A stretch of 64,000 bases of DNA from Bdellovibrio sp. (GTDB taxonomy: Bacteria; Myxococcota; SpSt-1050): the NCBI GenBank assembly GCA_020725805.1, contig DYEF01000070.1, positions 11,676 through 75,675 on the forward strand, in the 5' to 3' direction. The first letter of the stretch is position 1. Every line of letters begins with the position of its first letter. The notes beneath the pieces were generated by a model, which saw only the letters and a list, made by a program, of their open reading frames with translations, was not told the origin of the DNA and did no database searches. Position numbers and translations under genes: made by a program. This document shows, one piece after another, positions 51,176 to 60,679 of this stretch.

Positions 51176-51742
51176 TTATCTGGTAATTCTGAAACTTGCA
51201 ATCAATGGGAATATATCCTTTGCCTCTATCTTCAACACTACCGTTGAGACTATCTTCCCACTCTCTCTATCAACAATCTCTCCGAGCATAGTACTAAATG
51301 ACTTTATTGGCTGGAAGATTGAAAGGTCGTTGTGGCCGTTGAAATAATATTCCTTCCCGTTTTTGTCGGAGAAGTAAAATTCATATACAAACTGCTTCTT
51401 CGAGATAAAGTCATACTCCACACTTCCTCTCAGTTCAGCATTCTCAACAAGGTCAGCAGCTGTAATAATACCGGTCACCTCCATCCTCAGAAATTCACCA
51501 CTGTCTCTCTTGATAAAACTCAGCATATTGCTGCTTACACAGTTGAGTGTTACGGTCACAGGTAAATCACCCCTGTCATCCTTACCGCTTATCATACGGT
51601 GTGTCCCGTTCATCGTCTTGCTGAATCTTATCCCCTTCGGAATATAATATTCGGCAATGGCCCTTACCTGCTCTCTGTTAAGCGATTTGATAAAATCCAC
51701 ATTGACAAAGTTCTTTAGATTCTTCAAAGTCTCCAGGTTCAT
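51176..51742 (-). CDS. hypothetical protein
   Basis: 188-aa ORF with no recognisable motif. Confidence 0.5.
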   Translation of the reverse strand: MNLETLKNLKNFVNVDFIKSLNREQVRAIAEYYIPKGIRFSKTMNGTHRMISGKDDRGDLPVTVTLNCVSSNMLSFIKRDSGEFLRMEVTGIITAADLVENAELRGSVEYDFISKKQFVYEFYFSDKNGKEYYFNGHNDLSIFQPIKSFSTMLGEIVDRESGKIVSTVVLKIEAKDIFPLIASFRITR

Positions 51743-52017
51743 TACAAAGCCTCCTTAATAAATTGATAATATCGCCTATCACAAATGACGCAATGTGTCA
51801 AGGTTTTTCCAGGAGAGACGTCTTTGCAGGTCGGCGGGGTATGGAACTTTACCTAAAATTTTTAATTCAAAAATGAATGATTGTAAACTAAAAAACTATT
51901 TACATTAATTCCGTTTTCTATTAGAAAGTTTATATTGTAAAACGTTCTCATCAGATAAATTTAGGTTTACAAAGACACCAATATACAATATAAGACCATT
52001 ATATTTTGGAGGAGATT

Positions 52018-55000
52018 ATGAAATATATTCTCTATACCTGCTTCTTCCTTTCCGGAATGGCTGGACTTATATATCAAGTTGTATGGTCGAAATATTTTAA
52101 TCTCTTTTTAGGTGCCACCTCTTATTCAACAGCAATCCTCCTCTCCACATTTATGGGTGGACTTGCCCTCGGCAATCATATATTTGGGAAATTTGTTGAC
52201 AGAACAAAAAATCCTCTGAGATTATATTCGTTTCTCGAGTTCGGGATAGGGATTGCATGCACTCTGTTTCCTCTTTATTTCGATGGGCTTTTTAATCTCT
52301 ATTTTGCCCTTGCTCAGGGTTCAATCCCAAATACTTTCGGGAATATAATTCTGAAAATACTATTTAGCGTTATCACGATTCTTCTGCCTACCACACTTAT
52401 GGGCGGGACACTCCCGGTAATGAGCAAATTTATCATAAAACAGATTAAGGATGTAGGGGCCAAGGTCGGACTCTTATATTTTCTAAATACTGTTGGGGCA
52501 ATTATAGGAACACTCATAGGTGGATATTTCATTATCCACACACTCGGACTTGATTTTTCAGTTCAATTATTCTCCTTTGTAAATTTAGCAATTGGGATTG
52601 TAACCTACTATCTGAGCAAGCGAGTAAGTGAAGATTTTACAATTTCTCAGGCAGACAGCACAACTGAAAAGGAGGAGGAGAATTCTGAAATCACCTATTC
52701 GGAATCACAGATAAAAATTGTTCTTATAATGATTGGATTGAGCGGATTTGTATCAATGTTGTATGAGGTAGTATGGACAAGGATGCTGGCACTAATAATC
52801 GGTTCGGCTGTTCAGTCATTTGCAATAATGCTCTTTACATTTATAACGGGGATTGCTGCCGGTTCCTTCGTAATCCATAGAGCGATGAACAGGCGAATCA
52901 ATCACCTGTTCTGGTTTGCAATAACCGAATTTATGATTGCCATAACAATTATTATTGTTCTGCCTTTATATATGCGGCTCCCGTACTACTTTAACATTAT
53001 AGGAGGAAGCATCCCCAAGACAGAAGGGATGTTTATCTTTTATGAAATTTCGAAGATAATTATATGTTTTATTGCGATGTTTTTGCCCACCTTCTTTATC
53101 GGAATGACGTTACCTCTCGCAAGTCATATAAATACAAAGAGCATAACAAAACTCGGAATCGGGATTGGTGATACATTTTCGGTAAATACACTTGGTAATC
53201 TTGTCGGCTCTCTGGTTGCAGGTTTTATTCTCCTCCCTCAAATAGGGATGGAGAACTCAATGAAGACTGGTATAATAATTAATCTTATCATAGCAGTGAT
53301 ACTGTTTTTCTCATCAGGTATTAAAAAGGTCATTAATATTGCGCCTATAATAATAACAGTACTGGTATCAGTATTTCTTTTAAACTACCAGTTTATCGAC
53401 AAAGAATATATTCAACGAGGAAATTTCAGGCTAAGAAACCGTTATGCCAAAACATTTGAAAATTTTCTGAAAGTTAAAGACCACGAAAAGTTGATATTTT
53501 ATAAAGAAGGGAAAGGCTCTCTTGTATCCGTTACGAAGTCACCAAAAGGGATACTGTCTCTAAGAATAAACGGAAAACCGGACGCAAGTACCGGCTTTGA
53601 TATGCCAACACAGATATGGTGTGGTCATATCGGCGTTCTTTTGCATCCTAAACCGGAGGATGTATTCCTCCTCGGGATGGGTAGTGGTGTTACAGGCGGC
53701 GTTCTCTCCACCCATAAAGAGATAAAAAACATAGAACTGCTTGAGATCTCAAAGGAGGTTATTGAGGCAGCCGAATTATTTAAGGAAGCAAACTATGACA
53801 TATTAAACAACAAGAAAGTTAAAATAATAAATGCCGATGGGAGAGAATATCTGAGACTGAATCCTCAGAAAAAATATGATATTATCATCTCGGAGCCATC
53901 AAACCCGTGGATGGCCGGAGTTGCCAATTTATTTACAGTACAATATTTTGAAGAAGTAAAATCTCACCTTAAAGAAGATGGCCTATTTGTTCAGTGGTTT
54001 CAGGCATATGAAACCAACGATAAGATTCTGAATATTATGTTTAATACCCTCGGCAGAGTCTTTGAATACGCCTATGTCTTTGCCCCTGCACAGCTCGATC
54101 TTTTAATAGTCGGCTCTGATAAACCTATCACATTTGACCAGAAGAGAATCATTGAAAAATTCAGCGACCCGCTTTTTCTCAATACAGTAAAAGACAAAAA
54201 TTCGCTCGGTATTCCCGATACTATTCCCAAGTTCGTCTCAATGAATCTTATCGGAGAAAACCGGTTCAGAACATATTACGGCAGAGGTGAAGATGACCTG
54301 ATAGTAAATGAAGATAAATTTCCTGTTATAGAATATGAAGCGCCAAAGGCCTTTTTTGTCGGAAGGACATCCAATGTAATCTTTTCGATAGCAGAGACCA
54401 ATGTCAGTTATGAGTACAGCAGATTACCATCAAAAACTCTTATTAAAGATATAATAAAAAGTATGGACACCAATCAGATTTTAGAATTTATAAAATCCTC
54501 CGAAATCAGGGGACAGAAGCAGGTTGCGAGGTCCGGATTCAGTTATATATTGGATAACAATCTGGATACAGAAAATATATTTGTCATCAACAACTACCCC
54601 GAACTTCTGGCATATCACACATTTCTCACAAACTTTCCACAAACTCCGGAAAACTACACTCAGGACAAATGCAATAACATATCAGGAATAATAAGAAAGT
54701 ATATCGAACTCACCACATCAATATTTTATCAGAGCCAGAATACAGCAATCCTGTCGCATATGAATAAGTGTCTCAATGCCGCTCAGGACAGAGATACCCT
54801 TAGTAATCTTCAGAGGGCATATTTTACCCTCGGAGATACTACAGGACTGGAAAATGCAACACAAAAAATGCTTTCATCAGGCCAGATTACAGAGAAGGAT
54901 AAGACAGGTGTTATCTCGTCACTGATAAAACATTATTATTACAAAGACAATTTTGCGAAAGCAAAGGAGTTGCTGAGCAGTATTAACACAGATGATTTGA

Positions 55001-55047
55001 AGGATGCCGAACTATTATCCATTGTCAAAGACCTGAAAAACAGATGA
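52018..55047 (+). CDS. fused membrane / spermidine-synthase-like (PABS) protein with C-terminal TPR-like region
   Basis: GGAGGAG upstream of MKYILY. N-terminal SGMAGLIYQVVWSKYF hallmark of membrane-fused spermidine synthase-like proteins. PABS core ...LGMGSGVTGG...IINADGREYL...YDIIISEPSNPW. Confidence 0.8.
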   Translation: MKYILYTCFFLSGMAGLIYQVVWSKYFNLFLGATSYSTAILLSTFMGGLALGNHIFGKFVDRTKNPLRLYSFLEFGIGIACTLFPLYFDGLFNLYFALAQGSIPNTFGNIILKILFSVITILLPTTLMGGTLPVMSKFIIKQIKDVGAKVGLLYFLNTVGAIIGTLIGGYFIIHTLGLDFSVQLFSFVNLAIGIVTYYLSKRVSEDFTISQADSTTEKEEENSEITYSESQIKIVLIMIGLSGFVSMLYEVVWTRMLALIIGSAVQSFAIMLFTFITGIAAGSFVIHRAMNRRINHLFWFAITEFMIAITIIIVLPLYMRLPYYFNIIGGSIPKTEGMFIFYEISKIIICFIAMFLPTFFIGMTLPLASHINTKSITKLGIGIGDTFSVNTLGNLVGSLVAGFILLPQIGMENSMKTGIIINLIIAVILFFSSGIKKVINIAPIIITVLVSVFLLNYQFIDKEYIQRGNFRLRNRYAKTFENFLKVKDHEKLIFYKEGKGSLVSVTKSPKGILSLRINGKPDASTGFDMPTQIWCGHIGVLLHPKPEDVFLLGMGSGVTGGVLSTHKEIKNIELLEISKEVIEAAELFKEANYDILNNKKVKIINADGREYLRLNPQKKYDIIISEPSNPWMAGVANLFTVQYFEEVKSHLKEDGLFVQWFQAYETNDKILNIMFNTLGRVFEYAYVFAPAQLDLLIVGSDKPITFDQKRIIEKFSDPLFLNTVKDKNSLGIPDTIPKFVSMNLIGENRFRTYYGRGEDDLIVNEDKFPVIEYEAPKAFFVGRTSNVIFSIAETNVSYEYSRLPSKTLIKDIIKSMDTNQILEFIKSSEIRGQKQVARSGFSYILDNNLDTENIFVINNYPELLAYHTFLTNFPQTPENYTQDKCNNISGIIRKYIELTTSIFYQSQNTAILSHMNKCLNAAQDRDTLSNLQRAYFTLGDTTGLENATQKMLSSGQITEKDKTGVISSLIKHYYYKDNFAKAKELLSSINTDDLKDAELLSIVKDLKNR

Positions 55048-55475
55048 TTTTAGCCAGTGCTTTTACTCATTTGATTCACCTAATCAGGAAATATTATTCT
55101 CCACTCCTGTTCCGTGGTATTACGGCCATTGGCCGTTTACGGTAAACAAATAACAAAACAGATAAGACCATTATGGATATACGAACTGCCATTTTTAATA
55201 ATAGCCTAATGAAACTGGCGCGTATTTTCGCAACGTCGTGTTATTTACTACTATGAACATTATTACAAAATTACCAATATTTAACCATTATTACATTTTT
55301 ATTGACTATTTTAATAAACCAAAACTTATGACCATCTCCTTCTGAATACAGAATATCGAGATTTGACTTACCACTACAGAACGTATGGAAGCCAATGTAT
55401 ACCCGGCACCCCTCGGGGCAGATTTGTTAATTTTTGAATTATTACAATAAGTTAATGATTATGCTTCAATTTTTA

Positions 55476-55504
55476 AAATAAAAAAAGCCCGGGTTTAACC
55501 GGGC
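55476..55504 (-). terminator. rho-independent terminator of the pilin gene
   Basis: GCCCGG-gtttaa-CCGGGC hairpin, followed on the minus strand by a T8 tract. Confidence 0.75.
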
Positions 55505-55525
55505 TTCTGATGGAAATTCCTCTAA

Positions 55526-56089
55526 TTAGTCGTTGTCCACATCATTGCACTGGTTCGGGTCAGCCGCTAAAGCACCTGCTGCTCCGTTTACACCAATGGT
55601 GATCTTCGCATTGATTATCTGGTTGGCCTGGTCGATATTCCACATATCCTCTTTGGGCTCGCCGTCAACATTGCCGTAAGCTGCATAGACAAAGTTGAAC
55701 TGTGTCGGAGCCTGGGCTGCGTATGCACAACCACCGCAGAGGTTTGCACCAGTGCAGAGAGCACCTGTTGCATCACAGGCAATTGTGTCACCGGCAAAAC
55801 CTGACACATATGCATATCTTCTGTTCTTTTCAGGAGCAAACCCCATCGGAATCTTACCAGCGCCAGTCAGGTTAAAGACCAATGTTGCGTATGTGTTGGT
55901 CTCGGCAAACTTTGATTTGGCTGCCGTGAATGCTGCCTTCAGGTTGGTCCTTGCCTCTGACTGCTTTGACCTTGCCTGGAACCTGATAAAGTTCGGGATT
56001 GCCACTGCGGCAAGAATACCGATGATCGCCACCACGATCATGAGCTCGATCAGGGTAAATCCCTTCTTGGTTCTGAGTAACCTTAGCAT
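55526..56089 (-). CDS. type IV pilin (prepilin N-terminal methylation domain)
   Basis: KKGFTLIELMIVVAIIGILAAVAIP class III signal. Cys pair near the C-terminus. GGAGG RBS. Confidence 0.85.
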   Translation of the reverse strand: MLRLLRTKKGFTLIELMIVVAIIGILAAVAIPNFIRFQARSKQSEARTNLKAAFTAAKSKFAETNTYATLVFNLTGAGKIPMGFAPEKNRRYAYVSGFAGDTIACDATGALCTGANLCGGCAYAAQAPTQFNFVYAAYGNVDGEPKEDMWNIDQANQIINAKITIGVNGAAGALAADPNQCNDVDND

Positions 56090-56249
56090 ACTTACCTCCT
56101 TTGCAAAGGTTAATAAAACGGTTTATAGCTATAAAAACCATATTTATATAGTCAACTTCCATACCAGAGATAACACATTGATATCACGCAATATTTCAAT
56201 CGGAAGTGTCAAATATAGTAATATTTGGTCCTTCTTGTGACACTTTTTG

Positions 56250-57092
56250 TCACTTCGATAGCACAATAATCTTTCCATCCTTTATTTCGTATCTCCCCTC
56301 AAACGGTTCTGCCGGTATTACAGGGATGATATTCTTTTCAACAAGCTCATCTATTCTTTCCGGATATCTGCCGTATTTATTATAAAATTCCTCGACCTTC
56401 CTTGTCAGAAACTTAAAATCCCTTCTCTGCAGAGCCATCCTGAATCTTGTAAAATATTTACCTCTTAAAACAGGGTCCTGTTCCTCCCTGTACATCCTTT
56501 CGAGAACAGGTATCATTGCATCAGTATCTTCCACGTCCAGCAAAATCTTCTCTGCCAGACTGACAAGCCAGTCCATCTCCGGTTCACCGGTTCTGACAGC
56601 AACCCGTCCGGCCAGGTCATAAAAAACTGAAGCCATACGGGGATTATTCAGAACATAATATTCAACATAGCCTAAAAGATACGGGATTCTCCAGGAGTCA
56701 GGGGTATTCTTTACACCTTTTATGAGTATCTTTTCAGAGAGGTCTCCGTTTGTATCCAGAAGCGATATTGTAACACCTCCGAATCTGTATGCGTATTCGA
56801 AGAGGGGCGAGATATCCGTAATCAGGTCCACAAGAGGGAAGAGATGTTTTAATCTTTCCGTTGAATAATTCTGATTATCCCCGAAATACTGAATAGCCTT
56901 GAGCCAGTAAAAATCCCCGAAAAGCTCGTAAAAACCCGCGCTCGCAGCCCTGACCAGTTCAAGCCTCGGCAATATAAAACCTTCCGAAGGAATCTCTGTT
57001 CTGACCTTAGGTAATAACACTTCACTCCTTATCCAGATGGCCAGACTCATAAACATTAGAACAAGGATTATCAGTAATATTCTTCTCTTCAT
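56250..57092 (-). CDS. membrane-anchored hypothetical protein
   Basis: N-terminal TM/signal anchor ILLIILVLMFMSLAIWI. No recognisable motifs. Confidence 0.5.
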   Translation of the reverse strand: MKRRILLIILVLMFMSLAIWIRSEVLLPKVRTEIPSEGFILPRLELVRAASAGFYELFGDFYWLKAIQYFGDNQNYSTERLKHLFPLVDLITDISPLFEYAYRFGGVTISLLDTNGDLSEKILIKGVKNTPDSWRIPYLLGYVEYYVLNNPRMASVFYDLAGRVAVRTGEPEMDWLVSLAEKILLDVEDTDAMIPVLERMYREEQDPVLRGKYFTRFRMALQRRDFKFLTRKVEEFYNKYGRYPERIDELVEKNIIPVIPAEPFEGRYEIKDGKIIVLSK

Positions 57093-57169
57093 AACTTATC
57101 TTCAAAAGCCCTTAAAACGGGGGAATTATACTATTTGTTTGATTTATGTCAATACAACTATTGCTATCA

Positions 57170-57343
57170 TCAGTTACCAGAATCAAAAAAACCGTTCTCT
57201 AAATCCTCTAAAAAACTGTCTATCACACCCAGCATTGCATGGAGTGCTATTTTCTTCTGACTCTCAGGCTCCCTTTCCAGCTCGCTTAAAACCAGACTTC
57301 TCTTCTGCATAAGATAATCTTCAACCTTCTTCTTTTCAATCAT
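57170..57343 (-). CDS. unannotated small ORF (57 aa) with strong RBS
   Basis: Not in the ORF track (<60 aa). AAGGAGG 7 nt upstream of the ATG. Translation MIEKKKVEDYLMQKRSLVLSELEREPESQKKIALHAMLGVIDSFLEDLENGFFDSGN. Sits between PilZ-REC and 56250..57092 on the same strand. Confidence 0.4.
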   Translation of the reverse strand: MIEKKKVEDYLMQKRSLVLSELEREPESQKKIALHAMLGVIDSFLEDLENGFFDSGN

Positions 57344-57382
57344 TATTATCCCTCCTTTGATAATGAATTGCAGATATATTCC

Positions 57383-58138
57383 TTATCCCTTATTTAGAAA
57401 ATCAATGAACAGAAGACGTTTAATATTGGCAATCAGGTCATTCACGGTTATCGGTTTATCGAGGTACATATCGGCACCTGCCGCCAGTGCCCTCTCTCTC
57501 CCCTCCTCTCCGCCGCCGGATATAACAAGAATAGGTTTCTCAACTCCCGAACTCCTGAGTCTCTTGATTACCTCATCTCCGGAAAACATAGGTATATAGA
57601 AATCCAGAATAAGGAGGTCGAATTCCTCCCTGAATATTATCTCTTCAACATCCTTTGCTTCGGTAACTTCGGATATCAGAATCATCTTATCCGAAGGCAG
57701 GTCGTATTTTGCAAGTCTCTGAATACCATAGCGGTACATCCCCAGAATATGCGGATTGTCCTCGGCAATTATTATCTTAAACGGCCTGCCAACCGGAGGG
57801 AGTCCTCCCCTCTCCTCCATAAGAGGGAGAATAAACTGTTCGAGTCTCTTTCTCACCTGCGGCGAAATATCGAATCTTATTCCAATACCTCCCCTGATAT
57901 TCTTCCTTGGCATAGGGGTTCTCTTCCATACCACAACACCATCCAGAACCAGCTTATCCACAATAGAAGGGAATGACAGTTCAATATTGATTTTCTCCGA
58001 AAGAGGAATATCGAGACCTGTCGAGATAAAACATCCCCCTATAGAGATATCCTCGATATACTCCGTGATCTTCCGGTCCTGATAGGTTATATCGGCCTTT
58101 AATATAAGATTATATCTTTTGCTGTCTCTTCTTTCCAT
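57383..58138 (-). CDS. PilZ-domain / response-regulator receiver hybrid
   Basis: N-terminal RRDSKRY...EDISIGG (PilZ RxxxR and D/NxSxxG c-di-GMP motifs). C-terminal REC-like IIIAEDNPHIL...DLLILDFYIPMFSGDEV...K. Confidence 0.75.
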   Translation of the reverse strand: MERRDSKRYNLILKADITYQDRKITEYIEDISIGGCFISTGLDIPLSEKINIELSFPSIVDKLVLDGVVVWKRTPMPRKNIRGGIGIRFDISPQVRKRLEQFILPLMEERGGLPPVGRPFKIIIAEDNPHILGMYRYGIQRLAKYDLPSDKMILISEVTEAKDVEEIIFREEFDLLILDFYIPMFSGDEVIKRLRSSGVEKPILVISGGGEEGRERALAAGADMYLDKPITVNDLIANIKRLLFIDFLNKG

Positions 58139-58280
58139 TATGTTTTAATAATAATCAAGAATATCTTGAGTTGCAAGCAAATTATTACCGCGTAGTAATC
58201 TTTTTATTCAAAATCAAAAATCTATGAGGTAAAATATTTAGTTGTTAGTTAGTCTTTTTAATGCAATACTGAATACCACT

Positions 58281-58898
58281 ATGGAGATTAAAGATTCAAG
58301 AGAGCACCTGTTCGAAAATCCCACGCCTCTTAACCTTTTGTTCATCAGGCGCAGGTCTTTCAGAAAATATCAGAAAGCAGAAGTAGAACCCGCAAAAATC
58401 AAAGAACTTGAACTGACCGCAGAATTATTCATATCAGCAAACGGTTTCAGACATTCCTGCATAAGGATTACAAAAGACATAAAGGAGTTTGAATCAGTTG
58501 TAAAAGCCGCCACAAAAGGTTTTTCAGGCAAAGTAAATCCCTGGCTGAATAAGACAAACGCCTCGAATATTATTTTAGCCATTGTAAATACAGAGAAGAC
58601 AGTCAACAACGCTGACAGGCTCAAAAGGATTGCCGAGACCGCAATGCTGATGGAGACAGTAATTCTCAGAGCCACAGAACTTGGCCTTGCCACCTGCTGG
58701 ATGGCCGGGATAAATTCAGGGGAGATAGAAAAGGAATACAGACTGAATCTGTCCGAAGAGATAATTGCCATTTCGACTCTCGGATACCCCCCTTTGAGTT
58801 CCGGTATAACAGATTATGACTTCTGGGCCAACAGACTCGTATCAGGCAGAAGAAAAGACCTCTCCCAACTGGTGTTTTATGAAGATATCAGAGAATAA
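58281..58898 (+). CDS. nitroreductase-family protein
   Basis: RRSFRKY FMN-binding motif. ORF track starts at TTG 58242; Met start at MEIKDS (58281) preferred. Confidence 0.7.
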   Translation: MEIKDSREHLFENPTPLNLLFIRRRSFRKYQKAEVEPAKIKELELTAELFISANGFRHSCIRITKDIKEFESVVKAATKGFSGKVNPWLNKTNASNIILAIVNTEKTVNNADRLKRIAETAMLMETVILRATELGLATCWMAGINSGEIEKEYRLNLSEEIIAISTLGYPPLSSGITDYDFWANRLVSGRRKDLSQLVFYEDIRE

Positions 58899-59364
58899 AC
58901 ACATACAATCTTCCGTGATAAACGAACTAATCAAAAAGACCGGCAATCTTTCAATCGATAAAGACGCAGACATATCTGATGAGGAAGTCCTTACTCTCAT
59001 TAAGGCTGCCCGGCTTGCACCGAGTGCCGACAATTCACAGATATGGAGGTTTTATGTAATAAAAGATAAGGACAAAATCTCAAAGACACTTACAGGTACA
59101 GGTCTGTCAGAGAAAAATTATAGAATAGTCATTATAGCCCTTGCAGCCCCGTTTATTATCAGACATGTCAGACGGGAACATCCGTTCTATGCAATAGATG
59201 TCCCGATTGCAATCACACATATTCTCCTTCAGGCTCAGGAACTTGGAATCAAGGCAGATATTCACTATGTCTTCGAAAGAAATGAGATTAATGACATACT
59301 TAAAATCCCTCTGAAATACAAACCAGTGGCAATAATCGGACTCAACAGATATGCAGATAAATAA
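58879..59364 (+). CDS. nitroreductase-family protein (second, overlapping copy)
   Basis: SADNSQIWRFYVI motif. Start placed at MKISENK, overlapping the upstream gene's last ~6 codons in another frame. The ORF-track ATG at 58816 would overlap by 83 nt. Confidence 0.65.
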   Translation: MKISENKHIQSSVINELIKKTGNLSIDKDADISDEEVLTLIKAARLAPSADNSQIWRFYVIKDKDKISKTLTGTGLSEKNYRIVIIALAAPFIIRHVRREHPFYAIDVPIAITHILLQAQELGIKADIHYVFERNEINDILKIPLKYKPVAIIGLNRYADK

Positions 59365-59992
59365 GTATGGCAAAATTCTTATAGGACTTACCGGCAACAT
59401 TGCATCAGGAAAATCTCTTGTACTGAAACTGTTCGACAACAGGCTCTTCGAGAAGATAGACTCCGATTCGATTGCACGCGGTCATCTTCTGAAACTCAGA
59501 CCTTCTGACCTTCCTGATAATATGCCCATAGAAGAGATTTTCAGCAAAAGGGGTAAAATCAATAAAGACAGGCTCTCATTTATTGCCTTTTCTGAAAGAG
59601 AGATTATGAGAGAGATCGAGAAGGTCATTCATCCCCGCACAATAAATGACATAGAAAAAATCCTGAAAAATCAAGAGAAGAGATTTGCGATCATTGAATC
59701 GGCTCTCCTATTCGAAAGCGGACTTGACGGATTTTTCGATAAAGTAATAACGGTCTTCGCACCATTCGAAACAAGGCTGAGAAGGCTTATGAAAAGAGCC
59801 GGAATAGACCGGACCGAAGCCCAAAAGAGAATAGACTTCCAGATGGATGAATACGAAAAGGTTTTAAGATCCGATTTTGTAATAGACAACTCAAAGGATA
59901 AAGACTGGCTCAAAAGACAGGTATCCAATATCGAGGAGCATCTGAGAAATCTCTACCGGCAGACAGAACATCAGAAGACACTAAGAAAATAG
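59351..59992 (+). CDS. coaE: dephospho-CoA kinase
   Basis: P-loop IGLTGNIASGKS at the N-terminus. About 200 aa. Overlaps the upstream stop by 14 nt. Confidence 0.85.
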   Translation: MQINKYGKILIGLTGNIASGKSLVLKLFDNRLFEKIDSDSIARGHLLKLRPSDLPDNMPIEEIFSKRGKINKDRLSFIAFSEREIMREIEKVIHPRTINDIEKILKNQEKRFAIIESALLFESGLDGFFDKVITVFAPFETRLRRLMKRAGIDRTEAQKRIDFQMDEYEKVLRSDFVIDNSKDKDWLKRQVSNIEEHLRNLYRQTEHQKTLRK

Positions 59993-60106
59993 CATATTCA
60001 GGCATAAAAACCGCTATAAAAATCACCGGATACCGGCAGAAATTATGGACAGGAGACTGCCGGAAGAATTTATACTGAATAAACCGCTATAATTTATTGA
60101 AAGACA

Positions 60107-60679
60107 TTATTTTTTAGTATCCGTCTTTACCTTTTTCTGGAGAATCTCCTTCAATCTGGAGACAAAATCTGCATAATCATATTTTGCAGGGATATCTTCC
60201 GGTTTCATATCTTCGAGCTTATTGTCGGCATTCACCTTTTTGAATATTATGCCCTTGTAGTCATTCTTCAGATATTCCTTCCCGTTCTCATCCTTATCGA
60301 CGGTATATTTCCCCTGAATCATCCCGGTTACGTGCCAGAAATCCTCGTTTTTCCTTAGAAAGAGGAAGACCTCCTCTCCCTTTCTGAATTCCGGCATACC
60401 CGGAACCTTCATATTTACATCCTCCACCCTTCCTCCGAATGTCCTGACCTTTATTACAGGAGGGACCTTGCCCTTTAATGTCTCCTTGACATCTATCATA
60501 GAATACGTGAAGATCTTCGTTCTTTCATCATTGTAGCGTGATTCCGTATCCTTAACCGTCCCGCGGACAATCGCCTCTGAACGTTCTGTAATATCACCAA
60601 GCTCCATATAGACAAATGTCGAACCGTAAAGATAAGATGAGGCGGCAAAAAGAACCAGAAAAGAGAGAAATCTGATCAT
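60107..60679 (-). CDS. hypothetical exported protein
   Basis: Signal peptide MIRFLSFLVLFAASSYLYG. GGAGG within upstream ORF-track codons argues for the second ATG as the start. Confidence 0.5.
   Translation of the reverse strand: MIRFLSFLVLFAASSYLYGSTFVYMELGDITERSEAIVRGTVKDTESRYNDERTKIFTYSMIDVKETLKGKVPPVIKVRTFGGRVEDVNMKVPGMPEFRKGEEVFLFLRKNEDFWHVTGMIQGKYTVDKDENGKEYLKNDYKGIIFKKVNADNKLEDMKPEDIPAKYDYADFVSRLKEILQKKVKTDTKK

Noticed and set aside
55172-55255. 27-codon ORF (MDIRTAIFNNSLMKLARIFATSCYLLL) in the long convergent intergenic region
   Set aside because: No RBS, very short, no supporting features. Kept only as part of the possible-sRNA finding.
60000-60106. 11-bp direct repeat AACCGCTATAA (x2, ~75 bp apart) and CCGGCAG-N19-CTGCCGG inverted repeat between convergent coaE and 60107..60679
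   Set aside because: Too short and isolated to interpret. Could contribute to bidirectional termination but lacks a T-tract. Not promoted to a feature.
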